Assembly: GCA_902476765.1 (NCBI GenBank)
Contig: CABSEJ010000003.1
Location: 1,838-65,837 of the forward strand
Origin: an uncultured Blautia sp.
GTDB taxonomy: Bacteria > Bacillota > Clostridia > Lachnospirales > Lachnospiraceae
DNA length: 64,000 nucleotides
Reading direction: 5' to 3'
Part shown: positions 7,264 through 17,175 of the stretch, piece after piece
How the letters are laid out: each line of letters begins with the position of its first letter
Position numbering within the stretch: position 1 is the stretch's first letter
Translations under genes and position numbers: made by a program
Notes under the pieces: model-generated
What the model was told of the DNA's origin: nothing
The model's database searches: none
Seen by the model: only the letters and a program-made list of their open reading frames with translations

Positions 7264-9045
7264 ATGAATCTACGGAATTTTCTGCTGCAAGTAGATGAAA
7301 TAACCGGGCAAATGTCAGCAGGCCAACTGAAAGCGGTTATTCATGAAAATGCGAGGCTATTAGCTGAAGCAAAGCGTTCGGATTATTTGGATAATCTAAA
7401 GCTATTTTTAGCGGAACCTCAGCCTGAAGTAATGGATGCAGCTGAGAGTAAACGGAAATTAGATGAGGAGTTTGAAAAGGAATGCGATAGGCTCCTAAAA
7501 GAAATCTGTAAAATTGAAGAGGGTGAGCTATACATGGAGTGCCAGCTTAATTATGAATATAATGAGTGGTATGACAGCGATGACGAAGAAGTCCTTTTTT
7601 CAGATTTGCATGGAGTTGTTGATGTTATTGCAGATGCATGTAAATATATTCACAGATGTGTTGACTGTGAAGAATATACATACGGGTACAAAATTGCAAA
7701 GCGTCTGATTGGAATAGAGGTATATACAGGGGGTGATGAATGGGAGGATTATTATGATTCTCTTTCGATTGAAGATTTGGAGATTAAGGGCCTGCTGAAT
7801 ATTGATTATAAAAAGGTGGTTACAGACGGATTATATTTGGCATACAGGGCGAATGCTCTAGCTGACCGTGCTGAGGCATTATATAGGATGATTGAATATT
7901 CCCGGCTTTTAGATATTACCTTGGAAAGGGTAATGCAAAACGGGGAGGAATTGACAGATATTACGGAGTTCCTTCCGGCTTGGATTGCATATCTGGGAAG
8001 AATTACTACGCCTTATGCTCAGAATCTTTTAAAGGAGGCCTTGGAGCTTATAGAAAATCCGGGGATTTTGCTGAGCAGTGCAAGACAGTTTTGCGAACAG
8101 CATCCGGCGCTGTATGAGCAGTATCTGGACTTTGTGAGGAACACAGAGGATAAAGAGAAGCTTTTTTCTGTTGGCCATGAAGCGTTGGAGAAAATAAATG
8201 TGAAATATGTTGTGCGGAGTAAAATTGCCAAACGATTAAGCCTTCTGTCCTTAGAGAAAGGGAAAAGAACGGAGGCAGAGAACTATTGGCTGGGAGCATT
8301 CCGCTCAGAAACAACAGTGACTAATTATATGAGATTACTCCTGGAGAGTGTAGACGGAAGTATATTTTCAGAGCAGATTAGGTACATTTATCACAGCATG
8401 TATAAAAAAGTGGGAATCAGTATTTCTATGAATGCACAGATGGGAGAATTAAGAATCAATCATCCTTCACCTGGAACGGTATATATGCTGGCCTTTTTAG
8501 GCGGTGAATTCCAGTATGTAAAAGAACATGCAATGAATGTTAAAGGCGCTTTGGGATGGAGCTTTACGTTTATGAAATGCGGTTTGGCGGCTTTTCTGCT
8601 GCTTTTGCTGGAAAGCGATGAATTGCAGGCAGGGGGAAGGGAGATGTGCAGAAGAGTTGTCTCTGCAGTAAACTTTGACAAGGATGAATATTTGCAGTGG
8701 ACCGGCAGACAGAATGATTTTACTTCGGAGGAGTGGTTCTGGGAATGTCTAAAAAAGTGGAAGAAAAATATTGAACTGAGTAAAGGGCAGAAGCAGGATT
8801 ATCTTCAGTGGATTGAAAAACTGATAAAGAAACGTGTAAACGGAATTATGGAAGCCAACAGACGTAATTATTACGGAGAATGTGCATCTTATATTGCGGC
8901 ATTTGGAGAGGTTGTGGAATCACAGGGGGAGCCGGGGGCAAAACAAAGGATTCTTTTGGATTATAAAGAACAATATTCCAGACGAAGAGCTTTCCACGAA
9001 GAACTGAGAAAATATGGAATGCCTGATACAAGAAAGCGGAGATAA
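7264..9045 (+). CDS. Hypothetical protein (593 aa, probably alpha-helical/TPR-like)
   Basis: Long ORF with AAGGAG RBS; no enzymatic motif recognised. Confidence 0.8.
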   Translation: MNLRNFLLQVDEITGQMSAGQLKAVIHENARLLAEAKRSDYLDNLKLFLAEPQPEVMDAAESKRKLDEEFEKECDRLLKEICKIEEGELYMECQLNYEYNEWYDSDDEEVLFSDLHGVVDVIADACKYIHRCVDCEEYTYGYKIAKRLIGIEVYTGGDEWEDYYDSLSIEDLEIKGLLNIDYKKVVTDGLYLAYRANALADRAEALYRMIEYSRLLDITLERVMQNGEELTDITEFLPAWIAYLGRITTPYAQNLLKEALELIENPGILLSSARQFCEQHPALYEQYLDFVRNTEDKEKLFSVGHEALEKINVKYVVRSKIAKRLSLLSLEKGKRTEAENYWLGAFRSETTVTNYMRLLLESVDGSIFSEQIRYIYHSMYKKVGISISMNAQMGELRINHPSPGTVYMLAFLGGEFQYVKEHAMNVKGALGWSFTFMKCGLAAFLLLLLESDELQAGGREMCRRVVSAVNFDKDEYLQWTGRQNDFTSEEWFWECLKKWKKNIELSKGQKQDYLQWIEKLIKKRVNGIMEANRRNYYGECASYIAAFGEVVESQGEPGAKQRILLDYKEQYSRRRAFHEELRKYGMPDTRKRR

Positions 9046-9053
9046 AGAATTTT

Positions 9054-12014
9054 ATGAGAAATCCTATTGAGAATGTCAGTTTGCTGCAAAAAAAGTTAAA
9101 TGATTTACAGTTAGAAAATCAGATATTGAAAGACATTCTGCAGCGAGCAGGCATTTCTTACCATGAAGAAATAAAAAGATTGCAGGAGCCCGAAATAGTA
9201 GAGAAATATGATACTGACCAGGGGGCAAGAATCCTTCATCCGGCGGAAATAACTGATGAAATGGCAAATATTTTTTATTCCAGATTTTGGGGAAGACAGG
9301 ATGTATATGCTAAGCGAAGTGAGAAAAAAGGAACAGGTGAAGTAAGTTACTTTACCCAATGCGATAATTTCTGGAGGGAGATTTGCCCTAAGAAACATAA
9401 ACAGAAGTTAAACTGTAAGGACTGCCCCCATCGGTCCTATAAGCGATTGACAAAACAGGACATTCTGGCTCATTTACGGGGAAATGCCTATAATGCTTCG
9501 GATGTGATTGGAGTCTATCCCCTGCTGCCTAATGGAACCTGTCGGTTTCTGGTTTATGATTTTGATAATCACCAAAAAGGTGCAGAAAAACGTGACTTTG
9601 CTAATACAGATGACAGCTGGATAGAAGAAGTTGAGGCTATGCGTACTATATGTCAGTTAAATGGCATTGACCCTTTGGTAGAGCGTTCAAGGTCGGGTAA
9701 GGGTGCTCATATTTGGATATTCTTTGACAGGCCTATTGCAGTTTCTCTTGTCAGGCGGTTTGGATTTGCACTGTTAGAGCGGGGCTCAGAGCAGGTGAAT
9801 CTGAAATCCTTTAGATATTATGACCGTATGCTGCCTGCCCAGGATACTTTGCCAGACGGTAGTTTGGGTAATCTAATTGCATTGCCATTACAGGGAAAAG
9901 CATTGAAAGAAGGGAATAGTGCATTTATAGACAGCAGTTGGAATGCATATCCCAATCAATGGAAAGTGCTTTGGAGTAAGCCTAGATTGTCTGTGGAATT
10001 TGTAGAAATAAAGTTAAAAGAGTGGAACAGCTGCAATATAGATACGATGGTCGGTGAAGAAACAGATACCAGGGATAAACCATGGGAAAAAGCCAAGGCT
10101 TTTAATGGTAATGACGTGGATGGTAAACTGAATATTACTCTGTCTAATGGCATTTATATAGATTGCCTTAATTTAAAACCCGCTATTCAGAATAAAATCA
10201 GAAGGATGGCAGCTATACGAAATCCCATTTATTACAAAAATCAGGCCATTGGAACTATGAATTTTGATACTTCTCAATGGATTTATCTGGGGAAAGATTA
10301 CTTAAACGGATATATCAGGATTCCCAGGGGATTATACAGCCCTCTGCTGGACAATGTGAGAAACGGCGGAATAGATTACGAAGTGAGGGATGAAAGACAA
10401 AAAGGGAGAAAGCTTGATATTTTATTCAAGGGGGAATTGAGAGAAGAGCAAAAACCTGCACTGAAAGAAATGATGAAATATGACAATGGTATTTTACATG
10501 CAGCAACAGCCTTTGGAAAAACCGTTGTGTGCAGTGCGATGATTGCAGAGAAAAAGGTAAATACGCTGATTTTGCTGGAAGCTTCAGCAATATTGGAACA
10601 ATGGAAAACAGCCTTAGAACAGTTTCTGGATATACGAGAAGAACTGCCGGAATATAAGACCAAAACAGGCCGAACGAAAGTAAGAAAATGTCTGATCGGG
10701 AAGTTACAGGGGGCTCATGATTCTATGACAGGAATTATAGATATTGCTATGGCAGGTTCTCTCCGAAAAAAAGGAGAGTGGCATCCATTGCTACAAGAAT
10801 ATGGCATGGTTATTGTGGATGAATGTCATCATGCTGCTTCCGATACTCTTACAAATGTGCTGCAGGAAGTAAAAGCCAGATATGTCTACGGTGTTACAGC
10901 AACACCAAAACGTTCAGATGGACTGGAAAAGGTTAATGATATGCTCCTTGGACCCATTCGGTATAGCTATACGGCCAAAGAGAAAGCAAAAGCCCAGGGG
11001 ATTGCCCATTTGGTTTATCCTAGATTTACCAGAACAGTGGCCCCAAGAGGGGCTGCAGATAAAATGCATCCAAACGAAGCTTACGAATTAGTTAGAAATA
11101 ATGAAATGAGAAACGAACAGATTCTTGCAGATATTAAGGAATGTATTGCAGCGGGAAGAACACCTGTTGTTTTGTCAAAATATAAAGACCATTCTGAGAA
11201 GTTATATGAAAGGATTAAGAGCTGTGCGGACAAAGTATTTCTTATGACTGGGAATAATTCTAAAAAAGAGCACAGAGAAATCCGTCAACAGATGCAGTTA
11301 GTATCACCAGAGGAAACACTAGTTTTGGTAGCCACAGGAAGCCTCGTTGGTGAGGGTTTTGATTTTCCCAGATTGGATACACTTATAATGGCAACGCCTG
11401 TTTCTTTTCGGAGTGTGTTAGAACAATATGCAGGAAGATTGAACAGGGATTATGCAGGGAAAAAAGATGTGATTATCTATGATTACGTAGACGGTCATAT
11501 TTCCATGTTTGATAAAATGTATGGGAAGCGACTGAAAGCGTATAAACAGATTGGATATAAGGTGTGCGGCGGCCTTCATCATAATAAGCAGGAAGCAAAT
11601 GCCATTTTCGATGGTGAGACTTATCGGGAGGTTTATAGAAAAGATTTATTGGAGGCGGAAAAGAATATTGTAATTTCAAGTCCGGCTATTAGCGGACCGA
11701 AAGTATATGAGCTGATTGAGTTATTAAGGGGAAAACAAGCTTCGGGAGTACAAATAACAATTATTACATGGGCTCCGGATTGCTATAGTTACGGAGATTC
11801 TGCCTTCTGGATGCAATTACAGGAAGAGATGAGACAGGCCGGATTTTATATGAAAATAGTGGAAGACACCTGTGAACACTTTGCAATTATAGACCAGGAA
11901 CTGGTGTGGTATGGAAGTATGAATCTTTTAGCTAAAGTAAGAATGGAAGATAGTATGATGCGTGTAAAAGGAAAAAAGATTGCAGCAGAGCTGATGGAGC
12001 TGACTTTCAGATAA
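9054..12014 (+). CDS. AEP primase-like domain + SF2 DEAD/DEAH helicase + degenerate PLD-like domain (TOTE conflict-system type)
   Basis: Cys cluster; YDFD, RSRSGKGAHIW and GNLIALPLQ (AEP motifs); AATAFGKT, DECHH, TAT and QYAGRLNR (helicase); CEHFAIIDQELVWYGSMN (PLD-like). Confidence 0.85.
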   Translation: MRNPIENVSLLQKKLNDLQLENQILKDILQRAGISYHEEIKRLQEPEIVEKYDTDQGARILHPAEITDEMANIFYSRFWGRQDVYAKRSEKKGTGEVSYFTQCDNFWREICPKKHKQKLNCKDCPHRSYKRLTKQDILAHLRGNAYNASDVIGVYPLLPNGTCRFLVYDFDNHQKGAEKRDFANTDDSWIEEVEAMRTICQLNGIDPLVERSRSGKGAHIWIFFDRPIAVSLVRRFGFALLERGSEQVNLKSFRYYDRMLPAQDTLPDGSLGNLIALPLQGKALKEGNSAFIDSSWNAYPNQWKVLWSKPRLSVEFVEIKLKEWNSCNIDTMVGEETDTRDKPWEKAKAFNGNDVDGKLNITLSNGIYIDCLNLKPAIQNKIRRMAAIRNPIYYKNQAIGTMNFDTSQWIYLGKDYLNGYIRIPRGLYSPLLDNVRNGGIDYEVRDERQKGRKLDILFKGELREEQKPALKEMMKYDNGILHAATAFGKTVVCSAMIAEKKVNTLILLEASAILEQWKTALEQFLDIREELPEYKTKTGRTKVRKCLIGKLQGAHDSMTGIIDIAMAGSLRKKGEWHPLLQEYGMVIVDECHHAASDTLTNVLQEVKARYVYGVTATPKRSDGLEKVNDMLLGPIRYSYTAKEKAKAQGIAHLVYPRFTRTVAPRGAADKMHPNEAYELVRNNEMRNEQILADIKECIAAGRTPVVLSKYKDHSEKLYERIKSCADKVFLMTGNNSKKEHREIRQQMQLVSPEETLVLVATGSLVGEGFDFPRLDTLIMATPVSFRSVLEQYAGRLNRDYAGKKDVIIYDYVDGHISMFDKMYGKRLKAYKQIGYKVCGGLHHNKQEANAIFDGETYREVYRKDLLEAEKNIVISSPAISGPKVYELIELLRGKQASGVQITIITWAPDCYSYGDSAFWMQLQEEMRQAGFYMKIVEDTCEHFAIIDQELVWYGSMNLLAKVRMEDSMMRVKGKKIAAELMELTFR

Positions 12015-12027
12015 CCCTCCCGGCAAA

Positions 12028-12088
12028 AACTCCCCCAGGCTACAAGCCCATCTTTTTGGGCATGTAACCTGGGGGAGTTAATTTTTTT
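12028..12088 (+). terminator. Intrinsic terminator closing the defence gene run
   Basis: aactcccccagg / cctgggggagtt stem with a T tail. Confidence 0.75.
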
Positions 12089-12297
12089 CTTGAAACATTT
12101 CGGATGAACTTTTTCCTTCAAGCAATTCCAATAGGCATAATTTGCTGACGTTAAGATAAGAGAAAAAAGCCGAATATTTTTATATTTATATGAATATATT
12201 TGGATTTATATATGAATAAATTTTGAATATAATTTAAATACAATAAATGTGCGTACATTAAAAGAGAACGAAAGGAGAAGTGAAAAAATAATATTTT

Positions 12298-13188
12298 ATG
12301 AAATATGGAATTCATTTTGGACATTGGGGAAGTTTTTATGATATGCAGGATATGGAAAAAACGCTGCTGCAGGTAAAGAGTACCGGGGCTGATGTGTTTG
12401 AGTTCTTTCCTACCCAGGCGATGATGGATGCTGATAAGGAGAAAATAGAGGACTTAAAGAAAATGCTGGCAGAAATGGAAATAGAACCGGTGTTTACATT
12501 TGGCTATCCTCAGGGCTGGGATATTCTCTCGGAAGAAGAGGAAATCAGCCAAAAAGCAATACAATATCTCCAAAAGGCTATCAAGGGAATCGGCTTACTG
12601 GGGGGAAAGCAGATTGGGGGAATTGTATATGGAAATTGGCCAGCAGATTATACCAGAAACCCCATTGAACCGGAAGAGAAAAAAAGAAAAACCCAACGCT
12701 GTATCCAGGTGATGAAGCAGGTGGTGAGGACTGCAGAAGCCTGGGATGTGACGGTCAACCTTGAAATTGTCAATCGGTTTGAGCATTTTTTAATCAATAC
12801 AGTAAAAGAAGGGAAATATATCTGTGATGAAGTGGACAGCAGATACTGTAAACTTTTATTAGATTGCTTCCATATGAATATTGAAGAAGATGACATTCCT
12901 GAGGCAATTCAATCTGCAAAGGGATATATAGGCCATTTTCATGTCAGCGAACCAAATCGAAAGGTGCCTAACCGCTGCAGCCATGTTGACTGGACGGGTA
13001 TCGGGAAAGCATTAAAGGATACGGAATATGACGGAACCGTAGTGCTGGAACCGTTTTACAAGTTTGGGGGCCTTCAGGGACATAATATGCGTATGTGGAG
13101 AGACTTAGACGAAGACTTATCTATAGAAAACAGAGTAAAGCTGGCCAGAGAGGGGATAGGATACATAAAAGAGAAATTCGGAGGATAA
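12298..13188 (+). CDS. Sugar phosphate isomerase/epimerase, D-psicose/D-tagatose/L-ribulose 3-epimerase family
   Basis: NLEIVNRFE, LLDCFHMNIEE, GHFHVSEPNR and VLEPF carry the Glu-Asp-His-Glu metal ligands. Confidence 0.85.
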   Translation: MKYGIHFGHWGSFYDMQDMEKTLLQVKSTGADVFEFFPTQAMMDADKEKIEDLKKMLAEMEIEPVFTFGYPQGWDILSEEEEISQKAIQYLQKAIKGIGLLGGKQIGGIVYGNWPADYTRNPIEPEEKKRKTQRCIQVMKQVVRTAEAWDVTVNLEIVNRFEHFLINTVKEGKYICDEVDSRYCKLLLDCFHMNIEEDDIPEAIQSAKGYIGHFHVSEPNRKVPNRCSHVDWTGIGKALKDTEYDGTVVLEPFYKFGGLQGHNMRMWRDLDEDLSIENRVKLAREGIGYIKEKFGG

Positions 13189-13193
13189 ACAGG

Positions 13194-13967
13194 ATGGGAA
13201 TAGAGAACAGATTTTCGCTTCAAAAGAAAATCGCCTGGGTTACTGGCGGGGCCCATGGAATTGGAAGAGCGGCCGCAGTGGCTTTGGCGGAAGCGGGAGC
13301 GGATGTGGGCCTGATGGATTTGAATCAGGAAGGTCTGAAGCAGACAAAAGAGATGATTAACAAACTGGGAAGAAACTGCCTGACTTATACAGGAGATATA
13401 ACCAGAGAAGAAGATGTGAAGCTAGCATTGGGCCAGATAGAAGACACATGGGGACGGTTGGACATTGCATTTTGCAATGCGGGAACTTTTCAGGATGTTC
13501 CGGCAGAAAAGATGGAGTTGGAGGAATTTCAGCGGGTAGTTGGAGTGAATCTGACAGGAGCTTTTCTTACAGCAAAGGAAGCAGGAAAAATCATGATGAA
13601 AGAGAATGGGGGAAAAATCATACTTACTGCCTCCATGTCAGGACATATTGCTAATATTCCCCAGTGTCAATGCGCTTACAATGCCTCAAAAGCAGGAGTT
13701 ATCATGTTGGGAAAAAGCCTGGCCATAGAATGGGCAAAATACGGAATAAGGGTCAATACCATAAGTCCGGGGTACATCCGGACCTGGTCAGATGAACCTT
13801 TAAGCCCGGAAGAAGAGGGTACATCTGACTTTGAACAATGGACGCCCATGAAACGTTTTGGAAAGGCAGAAGAGCTGGGAAGCCTGGTTCTTTACCTGGC
13901 CAGTGATGCCAGCAGTTTTGTTACGGGAGCAGATTATCTGATCGACGGAGGATACACTGCTTTTTAA
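13194..13967 (+). CDS. SDR-family oxidoreductase (polyol/sugar dehydrogenase type)
   Basis: TGGAHGIG, NAG, YNASK and IDGG; start reassigned to the ATG after the GGAGG RBS. Confidence 0.9.
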   Translation: MGIENRFSLQKKIAWVTGGAHGIGRAAAVALAEAGADVGLMDLNQEGLKQTKEMINKLGRNCLTYTGDITREEDVKLALGQIEDTWGRLDIAFCNAGTFQDVPAEKMELEEFQRVVGVNLTGAFLTAKEAGKIMMKENGGKIILTASMSGHIANIPQCQCAYNASKAGVIMLGKSLAIEWAKYGIRVNTISPGYIRTWSDEPLSPEEEGTSDFEQWTPMKRFGKAEELGSLVLYLASDASSFVTGADYLIDGGYTAF

Positions 13968-13994
13968 GATATGATGAAATGGAGGGACTTTAGG

Positions 13995-15356
13995 ATGAAA
14001 AATAAATCAGTGAAGAGAATGATGGCTTTTGGGCTGGGTATGGCCCTTATCTTAGGCAGTATGGCCGGCTGTTCCGGCGGCGGGAAAGGAGAAGACACAG
14101 GGGCAGGGGAAGAGCAGGCCTCTGAAAAGGATGTTCCCACTATAAGGCTCATTAGCTGGACAACACCTTCTGACCCCAAAACAAAGCCCACTTATGATTT
14201 GATTGAAACGTTTGCTCAGGAGCACAGCGGAGAATTTAAGCTGGAGCATGAAAATATCCTTGGGGATGAATTAAAGGCCAAAATTAAAACAGATATTGCC
14301 AGCGATACCGTACCTGATGTGTTCTTTTATTGGGGCAGCGGCGGAAACTCTACGATGCTGTTGGATGCAGATGTAATCATTCCTTTTGATGAGTATCTGG
14401 AGGAGTCAAAAGAAGTGAAACGTGAGCTGTTTCCGGAAGAATCCTTTAGCAGGACTTCATCTAACGATACCTTGGTAACCATTACAACAGGACTCCAATA
14501 TGGAGTGTGGCTGTGTAATGAGGAATTGTTTCAGCAATGTGGTGTAGAGATTCCAAAGACATTGGATGACATGCTGGCCATGTCCGATGCCTTTAATGAA
14601 AACGGGATTATTCCTTTTGCTATGGGTTCAAAGGGAGGAAATCCGTCTCATGAATTTGTAGCAGAAATTTTAGGGCAGATGCCTGACTGCGATAAGGATT
14701 TTGAAAATCTGACACAGAATTACACCATTGATACAGAGAACATCAGGAACACTCTGGAGATTATAGATACCATGAGGGAGAATAATTTGTTCCCTTCTGA
14801 TACGGTTTCTGTGGGAGATTGGGACCAGCAGTTTGCCCTTTACAATGAGGGAAAGGCAGCGATGATATATGCATGGACCTGGCAGATTCCCAACATGTCT
14901 CAGGAGATGGCAGATAAAACCGTTATCGTAGATGCACCTGTAATGCCGGGAGGAACCAGAGATACTTCAAACTTTACCCGGGCAGGAGGCGATATGGGAT
15001 ATGTGATTTCTAAAGAAGCCTGGGAAGATGAAAGTAAACATGACGCTATTATTACATTGGTAGATTACCTCTATTCACAGGAAGTGCAGGAAAGCGCTCT
15101 TTATAACGAAGGCTCCATTCCGTCAAGAGTGGATATGGAGATAGATGAAAGCAAGGTTACAGTACCTATGCTGGCGGAGATTATAGAGTATGCAAAAGGC
15201 AAAGAATCCTGTCCTAATTTCCCGCAGACCTGTCCGAAAACAGAATGCTGGACTGATTTTGCAGACGGATTTGACGAATTACTGGCAGGAATATCCACGC
15301 CGGAACAAATCATTGAAAATATAGACAATTCTCTGGCGGCAGCCAAGGAAAATTAA
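13995..15356 (+). CDS. Carbohydrate ABC transporter substrate-binding lipoprotein
   Basis: Lipobox MAGC; PDVF; PKTLDD; GKAAM. Confidence 0.9.
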   Translation: MKNKSVKRMMAFGLGMALILGSMAGCSGGGKGEDTGAGEEQASEKDVPTIRLISWTTPSDPKTKPTYDLIETFAQEHSGEFKLEHENILGDELKAKIKTDIASDTVPDVFFYWGSGGNSTMLLDADVIIPFDEYLEESKEVKRELFPEESFSRTSSNDTLVTITTGLQYGVWLCNEELFQQCGVEIPKTLDDMLAMSDAFNENGIIPFAMGSKGGNPSHEFVAEILGQMPDCDKDFENLTQNYTIDTENIRNTLEIIDTMRENNLFPSDTVSVGDWDQQFALYNEGKAAMIYAWTWQIPNMSQEMADKTVIVDAPVMPGGTRDTSNFTRAGGDMGYVISKEAWEDESKHDAIITLVDYLYSQEVQESALYNEGSIPSRVDMEIDESKVTVPMLAEIIEYAKGKESCPNFPQTCPKTECWTDFADGFDELLAGISTPEQIIENIDNSLAAAKEN

Positions 15357-15365
15357 AAGGTTAGG

Positions 15366-15410
15366 AGGAGCCGTCGCATTAAGCAATATTCGTTTAATGT
15401 GGCAGCTCCT
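15366..15410. repeat. Intergenic stem-loop, similar to the one at 39128
   Basis: aggagccgtcgcattaa / ttaatgtggcagctcct. Confidence 0.6.
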
Positions 15411-15432
15411 TTATTAAGAAAGGGGAGTAATC

Positions 15433-16320
15433 ATGGAGAACAGAAGAAACCGAGAGAGAATCTTCCGCTGTTGCTTTCAGATGCCGTCAGTGTTTTTATA
15501 CACCGTTTTTTTGATTTTTCCTGCAATATCTTCTTTGTATTATGCACTTTTGAAGTGGGACGGTGTTTCCGGGAAAAAATTTATAGGACTGGATAATTTT
15601 GCAGATTTATTTTTTCACGACCGGTATTTCGGCACTGTTTTGGGAAATACCATTATCAGTATGCTTGCAGGAATCTTGATTCAGATACCACTGGCTTTAC
15701 TTCTGGCCTATATGGTTTTTCGTATAAAGAAAGGTTTTCGCTTTTTTCAGTCTGCCTATTTTGTGCCGGTAGTCATTTCTGCAACCATTATCGGATTGAT
15801 GTTTTCCTTGTTTTTTAATCCTGTCTTCGGCCCGGTAAATCTTATGCTGCAGAATTTAGGGCTGGAACATTTGACGCAAAATTGGCTGTCTGATCCCAAG
15901 GTAGTTTTATTCAGTGTTATCCTACCGGGTGTGTGGCAGTACCTGGGATATTATTTTATTATTTTGCTGGCTGCTATGCAGTCCATTCCCAAGGAACTTA
16001 TTGAGAGCGCAGTCATTGACGGGGCAAATACCGTAGATATTTTTTTCAGAATTATTATACCCAGTATCAAGGGCATGGTTCAGGTCTGCATTATCATCAA
16101 CCTGACTGGCTCTATTAAAACCTTTGACATTCCTTACATGATGACTCAGGGAGGGCCGGGAGCTTCCAGTACATTTTTGTCTATTTATATGTATAAAGAA
16201 GCATTTGTAGATTCATCTATCGGAAGGGGAACTGCAATTGCAGTTTGTATGCTGCTGCTGGCTATTCTCGTCACAGTGATAGTAAACCTGCTGTTTGCCT
16301 GGATAAACAGGAAGGATTAG
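15433..16320 (+). CDS. Carbohydrate ABC transporter permease
   Basis: FIGLDNF, EAA loop ESAVIDGA, GGPG. Confidence 0.9.
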   Translation: MENRRNRERIFRCCFQMPSVFLYTVFLIFPAISSLYYALLKWDGVSGKKFIGLDNFADLFFHDRYFGTVLGNTIISMLAGILIQIPLALLLAYMVFRIKKGFRFFQSAYFVPVVISATIIGLMFSLFFNPVFGPVNLMLQNLGLEHLTQNWLSDPKVVLFSVILPGVWQYLGYYFIILLAAMQSIPKELIESAVIDGANTVDIFFRIIIPSIKGMVQVCIIINLTGSIKTFDIPYMMTQGGPGASSTFLSIYMYKEAFVDSSIGRGTAIAVCMLLLAILVTVIVNLLFAWINRKD

Positions 16321-16330
16321 GAGGAGGAAT

Positions 16331-17158
16331 ATGCATAAGAAAAAAGTAAAACCGGGAATTATCATTAAATACATTATTTTAATCATGGTATCAGTTTTGA
16401 TGCTGTATCCTCTGCTGTGGATGGGAATTTCATCTCTAAAGGAAAACAGCGAGATATTTTCCAGACCTTTTGCATTGCCCTCTAATCCAAAATGGGAAAA
16501 TTACAGTTTAGCCTGGGAGGCTGCGGAAGTACCGGTACATATGCTGAACAGTGTTTTTTATTCTGTGACGGCCGTGATTTTTACGGTAGCATTTAGCGCA
16601 ATGGCCGCTTATGTGATTGCCAGGCTTTCAAAAGGGAAAAAGTTATATCATTATTTTTCATTGGGAATCATGATACCTATAAACGCTATTATCATACCTT
16701 TTATTCTTATTTTCCGAAAAATTGATATATTGAACACCAGGCAGGGTATCATTCTTGCTTTCATTGTCACAAACCTTGCTTTCAGCATTTTTATTTTAGT
16801 TCCTTTTATGAAAGAGCTTCCGGAGGAATTAGAAGATGCGGCCATGATTGACGGATGCGGAAGAGTCCAGACTTTTTGCAGAATCATCCTTCCCATTTCA
16901 AAGGGAGGGCTTGCTACAGTGGGTACTTTTGTTTTGCTGAATTCATGGAATGATTTATTTCTCAGCCTGCTGATTATTTCTAAACAGGATTTTATTACAT
17001 TAAATCAAGTTTGCTATAACATGAAGGCTCAGTATGTATCAGATTATGGATTGATTTCAGCGGCAGTTATGATTTTAATTTTGCCGGTGCTGATTTTCTT
17101 TATCTTGTTTCAAAAGCAGGTGGTAAAGGGAATGACGGCAGGAAGTATAAAGGGTTAA
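16331..17158 (+). CDS. Carbohydrate ABC transporter permease
   Basis: ELEDAAMIDGC; C-terminal GMTAGSIKG. Confidence 0.9.
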   Translation: MHKKKVKPGIIIKYIILIMVSVLMLYPLLWMGISSLKENSEIFSRPFALPSNPKWENYSLAWEAAEVPVHMLNSVFYSVTAVIFTVAFSAMAAYVIARLSKGKKLYHYFSLGIMIPINAIIIPFILIFRKIDILNTRQGIILAFIVTNLAFSIFILVPFMKELPEELEDAAMIDGCGRVQTFCRIILPISKGGLATVGTFVLLNSWNDLFLSLLIISKQDFITLNQVCYNMKAQYVSDYGLISAAVMILILPVLIFFILFQKQVVKGMTAGSIKG

Positions 17159-17175
17159 AGAAGGAGGAACAGGAC

